Positions 1-10,271 of a DNA stretch of 64,000 nucleotides are shown one piece after another (position 1 is the stretch's first letter; each line of letters starts with the position of its first letter). A program made the translations under genes and the position numbers. Location: contig JAUFOR010000001.1 of the NCBI GenBank assembly GCA_040285745.1, forward strand, positions 682,001 through 746,000. Direction: 5' to 3'. The notes beneath the pieces are model-generated. The model made no database searches, was not told the DNA's origin, and was given only the letters and a program-made list of their open reading frames with translations. This DNA is from Barthelona sp. PCE. Taxonomy: Eukaryota.

Positions 1-278
1 GATGAGTGAAGCACATGTAGAGTGTTGTCTCTGAGTTTTTCATCGGAAAGACGTGTTTCATAAGGTAAATCAAAACGTGTGATATCAAGATCGATTTGCT
101 TAGCATATTCTTGTCTAATTCTCTGCTGTTTGGTATGATCTTTGCTCCCAACGCGATGTGCTATTATATGCCACCAAATCTCACCTTGAAAATGTTGAGG
201 TGATCGATATATGCATAATTTTTGCTCTGAATGCACTTTTTTCTCAATATTTCTATGTTTCCCCACGTTTTCAGACAT
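1..278 (-). CDS. TBC-domain Rab-GAP protein, N-terminal part (runs off the window; absent from the ORF track)
   Basis: Manual translation from ATG at 278 is open to the window edge: MSENVGKH...SPQHFQGEIWWHII...YAKQIDLDITRF...LRDNTLHVLH, resembling TBC motifs P..R..IW and IxxDxxR. Confidence 0.7.
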   Translation of the reverse strand, partial: MSENVGKHRNIEKKVHSEQKLCIYRSPQHFQGEIWWHIIAHRVGSKDHTKQQRIRQEYAKQIDLDITRFDLPYETRLSDEKLRDNTLHVLHS

Positions 279-335
279 TCCCAATTAAAGAAAAAATGGG
301 ATAGACCAAGTAAAGGCAAAGAAAAATATTTACAT

Positions 336-2324
336 CTAAAATAAACTTTTGACATCATTTAGCTTGTGATCTCGGGTCGACTCCACGTTTGTTAGCAAGT
401 TTCTAAGTGATTGTGATGAAGTAGTACGCTTCAATGAAGAAACTGAACTGGCAAAAGCACTCTTCTTCAAAATAGGGCCTGTGGAGCGCGGATTGCCATA
501 TATATCTGTCTCTCTCACTGAACTTTGTGAAGATTTTGGTGTTCCAACGAGTGAATTTGGAGATGATCTATTGGGACTATTTCGAGTAACACTACGTGGT
601 GAATCGTGTGAGGGAATCTTTAAGGGTGTGAGATTATTAGAAGATTTAGATAATGAAGATTTTTTTTTTTCGCTATCCATACCAAAAATTCTTTTTTCAA
701 TATTTGTTAATGCTGGATTTGTATTAACTTCTCTCATTATTTCCATCTTCCTTGACGTCTTGCGAATAGAGCTATAAGTTGAGTCATACATACTAGTTTT
801 TCTTTTAGGTTTTAACCTGATCTTTTCATATATAGTTTCTCTGGATTGCTGTAATTTTTGTGATAATAGTGATTGCACAACGCTCATAACCTCCAATAGA
901 TAGTGTTTAGGCTTCTCTTTCTTTATAATACGTGGTTCATTAACATCTACAACAGAAGCTGTTAAAGAAGGGAATAATTCTGTTTGATTAGTCTTCTGTA
1001 ATGTTATTAATTCAATGTGGTTGAAACCTAAAGTCAATGCAAGGAATTCAAGACTGTTTGTTAGCATTAATATAAACTGTTCATTTTGTTGATTTTCGAA
1101 AGAAAATAATTGAGTCATTGATTCGATTCGTTCTAACTCTGTTTCCAAGTTCTTTGCTAATTTCATACCACTAAGAGAATCTGCTGATGCTGCTGATGTT
1201 CTAAATTGAGCTAATTCTTTACGTAAACCTAATATTGATGACTCCAAATCGACTTGCATATTATTAAGGGAATTGATATAATTTGTAATACCTGAATTAA
1301 GATCTGAATTTGCCATAATTTGTCTTAAAAAATGTTCTAAACTCAAAAAATCCTTAGTTAACGTCATATTTGTTGATGTGTGTAGTAGATTTAGTAATTC
1401 ACTCATTTTGTTTCGTTTAGATGTTGAATTGTCTAATTCAATCAGATTTGTGAAATTTGATTTCTTCTGAACCCTCTTTCGCTCACGAACAGGCTTTTCC
1501 TTATCAATGTTCTTAGCAGCATTATTACCAGTCTCTTTTAGTTCTTCTAACTCGATCTGCCACTTTTCTTTCTCAGAATTGTACAATAGCATGTAATCTT
1601 TGAGCTCTTTTCTGATTTGATTTTGATTCTTTTTGACTAAATTCTTCTTGATACTCAATTTTTCATTAAAATCTAACAAATTCTGTTTTTTGGTTAATAA
1701 ATTGTTATATTTCTGATCTAAACTGTTAAATAACAACCTAAAGTTGTTCAATTCTATTGTAAAAACCTTTATACTGCTCTTTAATTCAATTAAGTAAGAA
1801 TTCTTTTCTTCAATCTCAAAATTTAATTGATCAATCACATCTTTCAATTCTTCAATCATCTTCTGATTTTTTGCGCTATTTAGACCCTGTTGATTACTTA
1901 ACATTGCTGTTTTACCTTCCAAATTTTTAATATCTTCTAGCAATTTCCTATTCTTCTCATTCTCTACATTTATATTGTTTTGCAATCTACTTTTGATCGA
2001 ATTGAGCTGCATTCTCTTCTTTTTCAACAGTTCAGGTTGTTGATCTGTTGTATAATTCTTCTTTCTTTCATTATTTAAATCTTGTAACAACTGTTTGTTA
2101 TGACGCTTTAAACGTTGGATAGAAACCATCTTTTCTGACGCCAAACGATGTTGTTGTTCAAGTTTTTGTGAAAGATTCACTTTAATGTTCATATGAGGTG
2201 TGGAAAACACCTTCTTCAATTTCTGACGGCTTGTGCCATCAATATGCGTGAGAGACACAACCTCATCAGTCGGTGAGACCATGTGATTGCCCGTAACTGT
2301 CGCAGATGCAGATATTTCGTTCAT
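336..2324 (-). CDS. Long coiled-coil protein, possibly outer dynein arm docking complex (ODAD1/CCDC63/DC2-like), with Ser-rich tail
   Basis: Heptad-rich ORF; segment NSGITNYINSLNNMQVDLESSILGLRKEL resembles the DC2-family NFSLFNYVNELNNEIE.LE..I..L motif; first ATG at 2324 (ORF track starts at TTG). Confidence 0.5.
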   Translation of the reverse strand: MNEISASATVTGNHMVSPTDEVVSLTHIDGTSRQKLKKVFSTPHMNIKVNLSQKLEQQHRLASEKMVSIQRLKRHNKQLLQDLNNERKKNYTTDQQPELLKKKRMQLNSIKSRLQNNINVENEKNRKLLEDIKNLEGKTAMLSNQQGLNSAKNQKMIEELKDVIDQLNFEIEEKNSYLIELKSSIKVFTIELNNFRLLFNSLDQKYNNLLTKKQNLLDFNEKLSIKKNLVKKNQNQIRKELKDYMLLYNSEKEKWQIELEELKETGNNAAKNIDKEKPVRERKRVQKKSNFTNLIELDNSTSKRNKMSELLNLLHTSTNMTLTKDFLSLEHFLRQIMANSDLNSGITNYINSLNNMQVDLESSILGLRKELAQFRTSAASADSLSGMKLAKNLETELERIESMTQLFSFENQQNEQFILMLTNSLEFLALTLGFNHIELITLQKTNQTELFPSLTASVVDVNEPRIIKKEKPKHYLLEVMSVVQSLLSQKLQQSRETIYEKIRLKPKRKTSMYDSTYSSIRKTSRKMEIMREVNTNPALTNIEKRIFGMDSEKKKSSLSKSSNNLTPLKIPSHDSPRSVTRNSPNRSSPNSLVGTPKSSQSSVRETDIYGNPRSTGPILKKSAFASSVSSLKRTTSSQSLRNLLTNVESTRDHKLNDVKSLF

Positions 2325-2466
2325 ATCATTCAATGTTACAAAAAATCGTTGGTGGTGAGTGTATGTGCGTACGTTTACCGAAAATCGATATGACGGTCTT
2401 AGAAAAGGAAGATATTTGGGAATACAAGCGATTCACTTTTCCAACTTCTTTCTGAACTAGTTTTTT

Positions 2467-3084
2467 ATGGGGCATACTACAAAACTAGCCCATTTGCACA
2501 GGCAGATACCCTTTTTATTGAACCAAATCAAGTTTACATTGACTTCTGTTAAGAAGGAGGATACGGAAGTAGATTACGAAACATTAAAGGGCTTGCTAAA
2601 CGATGTATATGGGCAGCTAGACATATTCAAAGAGCATTTGGATGAACTTCAGGGAGAATGTCAAGAACTAAATCTTACACATCAAAATTGGATACTTTTC
2701 GAGCGGTATAAGGTTTTCTATAATGAATGCTCACGGGAGATGGCAGATTATGACTCCAAATATATAGTTATTGTAGAAAAAGCAAGATTACTGCGTGGTC
2801 ACAGTATTTCAGAAGAAGATGCTTTGAAAAAGGAAAAATTAGCATTAAGAAGCGCTATAGATATGGCAGATGATGTGCTGGATGCCGCATACGCAGGCCG
2901 ACAACGTATTGTTGAGCGTACAGAAAGATTCAAGCAATTAGGTCTTCGACTAAATAGGAGTATCGGTAAAGTACCATTGGTTGATAATCTAATTGGAAAG
3001 ATAGGCAAACGAAGGAAGTTAAATTCATGTGTTTGTGCATTTTTAATCGCGACTTTATTGTTTTTATTTTTTATTATGTCTTAG
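2467..3084 (+). CDS. Qb-SNARE, Gos1/GS28/membrin-like, tail-anchored
   Basis: SNARE-like heptads, then VPLVDNLIGKIGKRRKLNS and a C-terminal TM helix, as in Gos1/GOSR1. Confidence 0.75.
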   Translation: MGHTTKLAHLHRQIPFLLNQIKFTLTSVKKEDTEVDYETLKGLLNDVYGQLDIFKEHLDELQGECQELNLTHQNWILFERYKVFYNECSREMADYDSKYIVIVEKARLLRGHSISEEDALKKEKLALRSAIDMADDVLDAAYAGRQRIVERTERFKQLGLRLNRSIGKVPLVDNLIGKIGKRRKLNSCVCAFLIATLLFLFFIMS

Positions 3085-3549
3085 CTATCTTCTTCTATTG
3101 CGATTTCTATCAAGTGTAATTGTTGTTCGACCTTGTGCACTACGATATAGCTGAGGAGCCCTATTATTTGTGTGTGTGTTTGGTCGGTGATTATTTGTTT
3201 GAGGATTTCTTTGAGGTTGTTGTTTCATCATTGGTTGTGGACCTTGTGGTAACTGTGCAAGTTTGAACATGATTCGGTTCTCAGAATATTTAGATACAAT
3301 TGATGAAGCATTGACACATCTTTGACATTCTTGATTATTTGAAAATTCAACAATTGCTTCTCCTTTTGATATACCTGATTCTAAATCTACAATAAAATCA
3401 AAGTCAATGACATTTCCATATACACTGCATATCTCTAATAGTTCTGAATCCTTTAATCTGAAACTAAATCCACTGACATGCACAGTACGTCTTTGATTTG
3501 TACCAAATGGATGCTCAATCGAGAGAGTGCCCTTTGTTATATCGATCAT
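3085..3549 (-). CDS. Single-RRM RNA-binding protein with Q/N/R-rich tail
   Basis: RNP2-like VHVSGF and RNP1-like SKGEAIVEF. Confidence 0.8.
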   Translation of the reverse strand: MIDITKGTLSIEHPFGTNQRRTVHVSGFSFRLKDSELLEICSVYGNVIDFDFIVDLESGISKGEAIVEFSNNQECQRCVNASSIVSKYSENRIMFKLAQLPQGPQPMMKQQPQRNPQTNNHRPNTHTNNRAPQLYRSAQGRTTITLDRNRNRRR

Positions 3550-3729
3550 GCCAAAAAAAAAGTCTTGGCAAAGTTAGAAAAGGAAGACAGTTGGTACAAC
3601 AACTCTCTCCCTTTTCCTTTTTATTTTTGAAAGACTTTTTCTTTCATTCTGTTTCCACAAGGGTCATTTGAATTACTTTTTGTTGTATTTTTGTGTTCTT
3701 TTGTTTTCTAAAATTTTTGTCACACATTA

Positions 3730-4158
3730 ATGCCTGCACCACGTAAACCTGCACCGTTTCAGTCAAGCAAGCTGGATAACTGGTACGCTAGAGATCTTTT
3801 TCTTGCAACTCTTGTACTAAAAGTACAATGTGATAACAGCGGTCGCACACACATATTAGCAGATGACTACAAAGTTGTCAGTCAACTTCTGTTCAATTTT
3901 AGAAATTCTCTCAGCAAAGAACTAGCAACTTGTTTAGATTTATCACCGGGATATTGTCAAATTAAGATTGAAACGTTAATGAAGGGTGAATTTGCAATTC
4001 CAGCTGTGTACAAAGACAGATTACCATCAGGTTGGGAACCACCATATAGTTTGGATCAAGGTATGGAAATAATGAGAATTGTAGAACTTGTCAACGGTGA
4101 AGCAAACCTAAAAGACTTCCAAGACGCGTTGGATGAGAAATTAAATCAATTGCAGTAA
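3730..4158 (+). CDS. Hypothetical protein (142 aa)
   Basis: ATG-initiated ORF filling the intergenic gap, preceded by a T-rich leader; no family recognised. Confidence 0.65.
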   Translation: MPAPRKPAPFQSSKLDNWYARDLFLATLVLKVQCDNSGRTHILADDYKVVSQLLFNFRNSLSKELATCLDLSPGYCQIKIETLMKGEFAIPAVYKDRLPSGWEPPYSLDQGMEIMRIVELVNGEANLKDFQDALDEKLNQLQ

Positions 4159-4166
4159 AGAAATTT

Positions 4167-5279
4167 ATGTTTTTTTGTTTATTTACTTTATGTTTTCTTC
4201 ATTCCAATAGCTTTATGCCAACTTTTACTTCAGATACTATATTAAATGAGGAGTCTGCATTCAATATTAGGGTTAAAGAATGTTTAGCTGAATCACATCC
4301 AAATTTTTTATTTGGTAATCATAATTATACAGTTGGATTAGGTGTTAACTATTCAACAGCGATAGACTTTGTTGAAAAGAAAGTGTGCATTATAGATTGT
4401 GGTGAATTAATTCGAAATAGTTATTCTAATGTACGACATCAGTCATTTACACGATTCACACAGTTGAGTGACCACAACCTGTACAATATAACTGCCTTTA
4501 GCTTTATTTCTGATGCTCATGATGGATTTGTTACCCCACAAGTCAAGATTGAAAGTAGCATGATCTATAATAGTTATACCGAGGAGTGTAATGGTAAAGA
4601 GTTTTATATATGTCATTTTTTAAACGAACGCGTTATTTTTGATATTGAAAGGAGCGAGTTAAAGATCGGACAACGTGTAATAGGTAATTTTAATATGCTT
4701 GAAAATATTGCTAGTTTTGAAAAAAAAATTTATACAGATGAAAGAACATACATTATTTTTGAAGATATTTGTCCAAGACAATGTTCAGAGTTTGCAATGT
4801 TTTTCATAACATATGAACAAGATACTTTTTCTTGTTTTGAGATCGATATTGATCAAATACCCATTAGAGTATATCCTTCTGATTTTGGTGATTTAACAGT
4901 AGCAATTGATAGCTTCGGTGGCCCAGAGTTCGTAAGTATCGAACAAGGGGTCATGCAAAGATGGTCAGTTGAGAGTGAAGGATATTCTGTTTATGGATTC
5001 ATACGTCCGCATTTATGTGTGCTGGCAGATGGTGTATATGACACCAGCAGACGAAAACTGCATCGATGGGACCAATGTCTGGTCTTGAACTTCTATGTAA
5101 TTTGTGCAGAGGGTAAATTGATACAAGCTCAACAGACGGAGACTGGATTCATTTTAACGCATCATGTAATAACAGTAGATAATGATGATGTTGGTGTCAG
5201 GATATACGAAGAAGAGCTGTCTCTTGATAGTATAGTTGAAGATTTTTCAGTTTCATTGGTCAATATAGAGATACAATAA
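4167..5279 (+). CDS. Hypothetical beta-rich protein (true start may be ATG 4215)
   Basis: 370-codon ORF; no family recognised. Confidence 0.65.
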   Translation: MFFCLFTLCFLHSNSFMPTFTSDTILNEESAFNIRVKECLAESHPNFLFGNHNYTVGLGVNYSTAIDFVEKKVCIIDCGELIRNSYSNVRHQSFTRFTQLSDHNLYNITAFSFISDAHDGFVTPQVKIESSMIYNSYTEECNGKEFYICHFLNERVIFDIERSELKIGQRVIGNFNMLENIASFEKKIYTDERTYIIFEDICPRQCSEFAMFFITYEQDTFSCFEIDIDQIPIRVYPSDFGDLTVAIDSFGGPEFVSIEQGVMQRWSVESEGYSVYGFIRPHLCVLADGVYDTSRRKLHRWDQCLVLNFYVICAEGKLIQAQQTETGFILTHHVITVDNDDVGVRIYEEELSLDSIVEDFSVSLVNIEIQ

Positions 5280-5367
5280 TTCTAATTACATTTTATTACG
5301 TGTAAAACAGCACGAGTTAAGAGTCAAGAGATCTTTAAAACAAAAAGAATGTGATAAAGAAGATCAT

Positions 5368-6558
5368 TTAAGCAATGACAGGCTTTTGGGGAGCAAAAAA
5401 GTTGGAAACGTTCATTTTTGTAGAAACAATACGTTCTATGTTTTCATTACCAAATTCACGTTGAAGAACGCCAAAAAGTACATCCTGACTTGAAGGTTTT
5501 CTGATACCCAATCTAATGCAAGTTGGTAATTTGTGAGTATTGCACCAACGAACTGGAACACCAGCATCCATACAAATATTAAAGATTTGTTCGGCAGTTT
5601 TTTCTGAACCAACGTCGCAGAAGACCCATGGCACCCAATCAGGGCTGTTAGGATTGCACAACCAACCAAATTCGTGTAGTTTGTTAACGATTGAACGTTT
5701 CCAGACAGGGACGGTTGACCATGTTTCTTGGAGGTACTCCTCATCCTTGAATGCCTCAACGATAAATGCCTGTGCCATCATATTAAGTGACCAGGGCACT
5801 TGGAATTTCTTGAGTACATTGATTAATTCAGCCGATGCTAATACTGAACCCACTCGAATACCAGGGCATGAGAAGATCTTTGTCCATGAGTGAATTACAA
5901 TGAGACGGTTGGGGAACTCAGTCATAAGATTGAGAGCAGAAGACTCTCTCCAATTTTGACCCTTGAAAGGAAGGAAAGATTCATCGACAACAACATAACC
6001 TTCTGTGGACTTGATGTACTGACGGAGTTCATCAATCTGGAGGAAACCACCTGTAGGAGAGTTAGGATTAACAACACAGCTAAGATCAGCTGTTTCCTCA
6101 CAAGAACGCTCCTCTAAACCACGAAGGAAACAACAGCGCTCGTATTCAGTGTATTGGGCACTATGTGGGCCACGGCGGAAGCTTGTGATGTTAGGGATGA
6201 GACGAATGACAAGATCAATGATTTCAGAGGCACCGTTGCCCAATAGTAATTGATTAGCAGAGACGAGAGGACCCATGAAGTTGCTCAAAGCAAGGAGTGC
6301 GTCTCTACATGACTGATCGGGATAGTGTGCAATTTCAGCCATTGATTCAACTGCAGCGCGAATAGCTTTGACAGGAGGATTGGAAAAACGTGTAGTGACA
6401 GAAAAATCGTCAATGTGACCATCAAGCATCCATGTTTGGCCACCATGGAAGTTACCAATGATTTCAACCTGTGTTTCTTCATCTTTTGGAGATGAAGTTG
6501 TGGCAGGGTTTTCTGAATCATTAATTTTGGTGATATTTGTGGTAGAATCGATGTTCAT
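5368..6558 (-). CDS. PLP-dependent class I/II aminotransferase fold, CobD (Thr-phosphate decarboxylase)/HisC-like
   Basis: FHGG..DFS N-terminal motif, YPD, GNGASE, NPNSPTG, VVDESF, PLP-lysine motif SWTKIFSCPGIRVG. Confidence 0.85.
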   Translation of the reverse strand: MNIDSTTNITKINDSENPATTSSPKDEETQVEIIGNFHGGQTWMLDGHIDDFSVTTRFSNPPVKAIRAAVESMAEIAHYPDQSCRDALLALSNFMGPLVSANQLLLGNGASEIIDLVIRLIPNITSFRRGPHSAQYTEYERCCFLRGLEERSCEETADLSCVVNPNSPTGGFLQIDELRQYIKSTEGYVVVDESFLPFKGQNWRESSALNLMTEFPNRLIVIHSWTKIFSCPGIRVGSVLASAELINVLKKFQVPWSLNMMAQAFIVEAFKDEEYLQETWSTVPVWKRSIVNKLHEFGWLCNPNSPDWVPWVFCDVGSEKTAEQIFNICMDAGVPVRWCNTHKLPTCIRLGIRKPSSQDVLFGVLQREFGNENIERIVSTKMNVSNFFAPQKPVIA

Positions 6559-7135
6559 TTGTAAGTGTGAGTTGCGAAAGGAGAATAAAAATATTCAAAA
6601 AGGAATATATGGGGAAGAAAAGCGAATGTAAGGTTAGTTAAACTTCTGTTTATTATACTGCTCAGAAATACCCGTATGCACAAAAGTAGCCCTCTCACAT
6701 ACATTTAAAATGCTGAAAATGCTTTAAAAAAAGGATAATTTTGGACGTGGCAATTACGTGGCAACCTGTATAGGTCTTTTGTACCAGTCCTGGAGTGTCA
6801 GTTGGTATGAAGAAGGGTATATATGATCGCTAGAATACGTAGATCAAGGATAAAGTGCTCCTATATATAAAAAAACCATTTTTTATCGGAAAACGCTGTT
6901 CTATATTTGATCTAGCTTTTTTGTGGGGGTAGTGTTTCCGGTAATCACCTAAAAGTAAGTTAAGTTGAAGGATTATGTAAGGAAAATTTCATCAATACAA
7001 AAGCGAAACACTCCTATTTTCTTGTGAGGATGCCAGCCAAATCTGCATTGAAGATAACCATTATAAATGATTTTTTTTCCTCATAAACAATCACATGCTG
7101 TGTTTTTTGTTTGTTACTTCATTTCACACATAAAA

Positions 7136-8206
7136 ATGTCGAAAAAGGGATCTTTTTCTTTGGACAGGGTCATAGAGGATCTGTTAGAACAAAAAGAAGT
7201 AGCACCCGTTACAGAAAGCGACAATAGTAATAGCTTTCACACCCTAAATGTTTTTTGCGGGCTTGGAGGGGCAGGAAAAACTACTCTCATAAAAAGCGCA
7301 CTCACAAACAGAATGGAAAGTATCAACAAACCATCAAAAAATGTTGAATATTTTGTTGCCAGAAGGAATAACCCACTACGAAAGATTGTAGCAGATTTTT
7401 GGGAGTTCGGTTACGGTGTTCAGTACTTGGAAATCTTAGAATCGTGTATAGAAGAGAAACACGTAAACAAATCATTGTATATTGTCATAGACTTTTCGAA
7501 ACCTCATAAATCTATGAGATTTTTGTTAGAATTTTTTGCTAGGACGCCACATCACACCGTCTTTACAAAAAAATTTATTATTGTAACAAATTATAAAAAA
7601 TTTGATGCAATTACGGGTCGTAATCGTCGTAATTATCTTAAATCATTACGTAGTTTTGCCATATTGTTTGGATGTGGATTAATTACAATGGAGATGAATA
7701 TCAACCATGAAATCTTTAATATAATCAGGAATAATGCTTTTAAAAAAGTGAAAAAAGAAAAGAATAATAGCAGTGAAATAGATGATCTCCGTGAGTACAT
7801 GATCCATCCTGGGCAGGATACAGCCGACGCATTGGGAGAATGTTCACTTATTGATGATTCAATGGTGTGCTCTTTACTAGGCAGTGAATCTCATCGTCTC
7901 ACACAATGGATTGCTCTAGGGCTGGATGTCATAAGAGATGTTGATGAAGAGGAGGAAGAGTATGATGTCATGGAAGTTTTGGAGTTTGATGCAAGTGAAT
8001 TTTCAGAGTTTTTTTACACACTGAACACTGAATTTGCAGAGCCAGAGATTGACACGCGCGTGCAAGGTTTGATGAAGGGTGTTGAACTGAATGAAACTGT
8101 TCTAGATGATGAAAAATTGGAACAGAGCATATCATCATTGTTACTTTTAGGTAAGAAGGGTGCCAAGAAGAAGAAAAGGAGGCGATCAAGCGTTAGAAAG
8201 AAGTAA
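7136..8206 (+). CDS. DYNC2LI1: Cytoplasmic dynein-2 light intermediate chain (retrograde IFT)
   Basis: P-loop GGAGKTT, KPSKNVEYFVARR, FWEFGYG, VIDFSKP and LKSLRSFA..FG match D2LIC motifs (KPT.ALEY..RR, FWELGGG, VLDLSKP); likely start MSKKG at 7136. Confidence 0.8.
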   Translation: MSKKGSFSLDRVIEDLLEQKEVAPVTESDNSNSFHTLNVFCGLGGAGKTTLIKSALTNRMESINKPSKNVEYFVARRNNPLRKIVADFWEFGYGVQYLEILESCIEEKHVNKSLYIVIDFSKPHKSMRFLLEFFARTPHHTVFTKKFIIVTNYKKFDAITGRNRRNYLKSLRSFAILFGCGLITMEMNINHEIFNIIRNNAFKKVKKEKNNSSEIDDLREYMIHPGQDTADALGECSLIDDSMVCSLLGSESHRLTQWIALGLDVIRDVDEEEEEYDVMEVLEFDASEFSEFFYTLNTEFAEPEIDTRVQGLMKGVELNETVLDDEKLEQSISSLLLLGKKGAKKKKRRRSSVRKK

Positions 8207-8248
8207 ACATGATACTATCCTCATTCTACATTTTTTTCTTTTTTCTTG

Positions 8249-10255
8249 ATGCCGAAGCGTTTGTCTTCTACAAATAATCCAATTGTTTTTGAGGGCAAGG
8301 AATACTTTCTTTATTACACGCAAAAGGGCCTATATTGTGTTGAAAGCTTAGAAGATGATCATTCCATCTGTTCGGAAGAATATTTGCGTTGCATTGATGG
8401 ACGTACAATCTTTCGCTCCTCAGAGAGTGAGTTCAGTCACATATCCATTTCAAAAATGCATGACACGTTACTTAATCCAAATCTAAAGTATATTTTGAGT
8501 CAAGACAATGAAACAGTACACTTTTTTGAGGTACAGGACGGTATAATCACCTTCAAATCGACTGCCACATATACAAATTTGGTGAAACACGTTATAGTTG
8601 ATTTGAACACGTACATTTTTCGTGAACAAAATGGTCCGTTTATTTTACGAAGAATGATCCACGAGGATACCCATGAGGACACGATCCTCGGGTGCATGGA
8701 GGACATGGATGTAGTTTGTTTTATCACCGGTCATTTAGTCTTGATGAGCACTCTTCGAGACGAGAATGACAGTGTTTATACAGCACGTTTTAACAAGACA
8801 ACGTGTATGGTAGAAGATCCTGTTCTATATGCCAATCATGAATGGGTGAGAGTATTCCCATGTGAGTTGTGTCACAATTGTTTTATAATTGCAAAACAAG
8901 AAGATTTTGAAATTGCAGGAAATATCATTGTGTATTACTGTCAAGAGGATAACTGTCTTAAGGAAATTGATTTATGTCAAAAATTTCCCCATATTTCAGC
9001 AGGAATATTTGGATATTCAAAATGGAACATTGTCTACTATAATGAAGAAAATGATAATATTGATTTTGTTGTGCTCCTTGACGGTTATGAAGGATTCAGG
9101 CGCCTCATGATCAAATCAAATCAAACTTTCAGAGATATTGTACATTATGCAGAAGATTTATCTGTTGTACGCATTCATTCTTTTTCCACAAAAATGCAGT
9201 CTATTGAACCGATAATGTTGCAAATGTACTGTAACAATCAAGGTTTCAAGATAGTAAGACAAATTGTAGTACCTGACATGAGTATTCTTTTTTATATTTC
9301 AGATTTAGCGTCTTTTGAATTAATTGAAGATGGTATCATTTATTTACATGGCGGCTGCATTGTTGTCATGCGCTTTAGAACTGATGAAATATACTTTGAA
9401 ACCACAAAAGGTGAAGTTTTGTTTTTCTTTTCAATCTCAACAATGAATCAAGATAAGATATTTAAAGCTATCAATAAGGTCACACTGAAGCATGTTAACG
9501 TCTCAACCACATCACTATTCATAGTAGACCAACCCAATATAACAAATGAAGTTGCATTTCTGGGATTCACCAATAATGGTCTACCAATTTATCAGGAACA
9601 TGCTCGCAAAATGACCCTCAGATGTGGAACAGTTCTTTGCGAGATGGAAGGTTGTGATGATTGGAAGATATCGCGTTTAGCCTATCAACAAGGCAATACA
9701 CTGTATTTTGACACAACAAAGGGTGCAATGACAGTTTTAGCCAAATCTGACGATTTTTCGACTTCGTATATTCTCTCAACATATCCACTAACTAGCATTT
9801 CAGCGGGAGACATGTACTTAAACCCATTTAACCCCGATATGTATGTCTGCACAGAGTTTTCGTGTCCGTCCCCACGTTTGGATATGTATAGACGCGTTTC
9901 TAACAATGTTGAGCAGCATAAAAGTGATGTATCTTCATCGCCTTTGGAATTTGTTGGTTTTCTGGATGAGGACCATTTGCTGCTTACAACAGGTGTCTGT
10001 TACTTTGATGAGGATCTAAACATACAACGGGTACTTTCTTTCGATTGTGAGCTTAAGAGGAGGCAATTTTATATTAATTATGCCACTTGCACTTTTGAAG
10101 TGTGTATTTTTGACCATTCTTTGCGTATCTTCAACATAGATGTATACCATTGGTGCAAGGGATTTGAACATGACCAGTTACAAATCATATGCACAAATTT
10201 TTTTGAAGATGCCACGTATTGTCCTAAGTGGATAAACAAGTATCTTCTTATTTAA
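8249..10255 (+). CDS. Hypothetical beta-rich protein (possible beta-propeller-like, lineage-specific)
   Basis: 668-codon ORF; no family recognised. Confidence 0.7.
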   Translation: MPKRLSSTNNPIVFEGKEYFLYYTQKGLYCVESLEDDHSICSEEYLRCIDGRTIFRSSESEFSHISISKMHDTLLNPNLKYILSQDNETVHFFEVQDGIITFKSTATYTNLVKHVIVDLNTYIFREQNGPFILRRMIHEDTHEDTILGCMEDMDVVCFITGHLVLMSTLRDENDSVYTARFNKTTCMVEDPVLYANHEWVRVFPCELCHNCFIIAKQEDFEIAGNIIVYYCQEDNCLKEIDLCQKFPHISAGIFGYSKWNIVYYNEENDNIDFVVLLDGYEGFRRLMIKSNQTFRDIVHYAEDLSVVRIHSFSTKMQSIEPIMLQMYCNNQGFKIVRQIVVPDMSILFYISDLASFELIEDGIIYLHGGCIVVMRFRTDEIYFETTKGEVLFFFSISTMNQDKIFKAINKVTLKHVNVSTTSLFIVDQPNITNEVAFLGFTNNGLPIYQEHARKMTLRCGTVLCEMEGCDDWKISRLAYQQGNTLYFDTTKGAMTVLAKSDDFSTSYILSTYPLTSISAGDMYLNPFNPDMYVCTEFSCPSPRLDMYRRVSNNVEQHKSDVSSSPLEFVGFLDEDHLLLTTGVCYFDEDLNIQRVLSFDCELKRRQFYINYATCTFEVCIFDHSLRIFNIDVYHWCKGFEHDQLQIICTNFFEDATYCPKWINKYLLI

Positions 10256-10271
10256 ATTTGTTTTTTTTTTA

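Noticed and set aside
164-358. 64-aa minus-strand ORF from the track
   Set aside because: A different frame starting at ATG 278 gives TBC motifs and is the better gene
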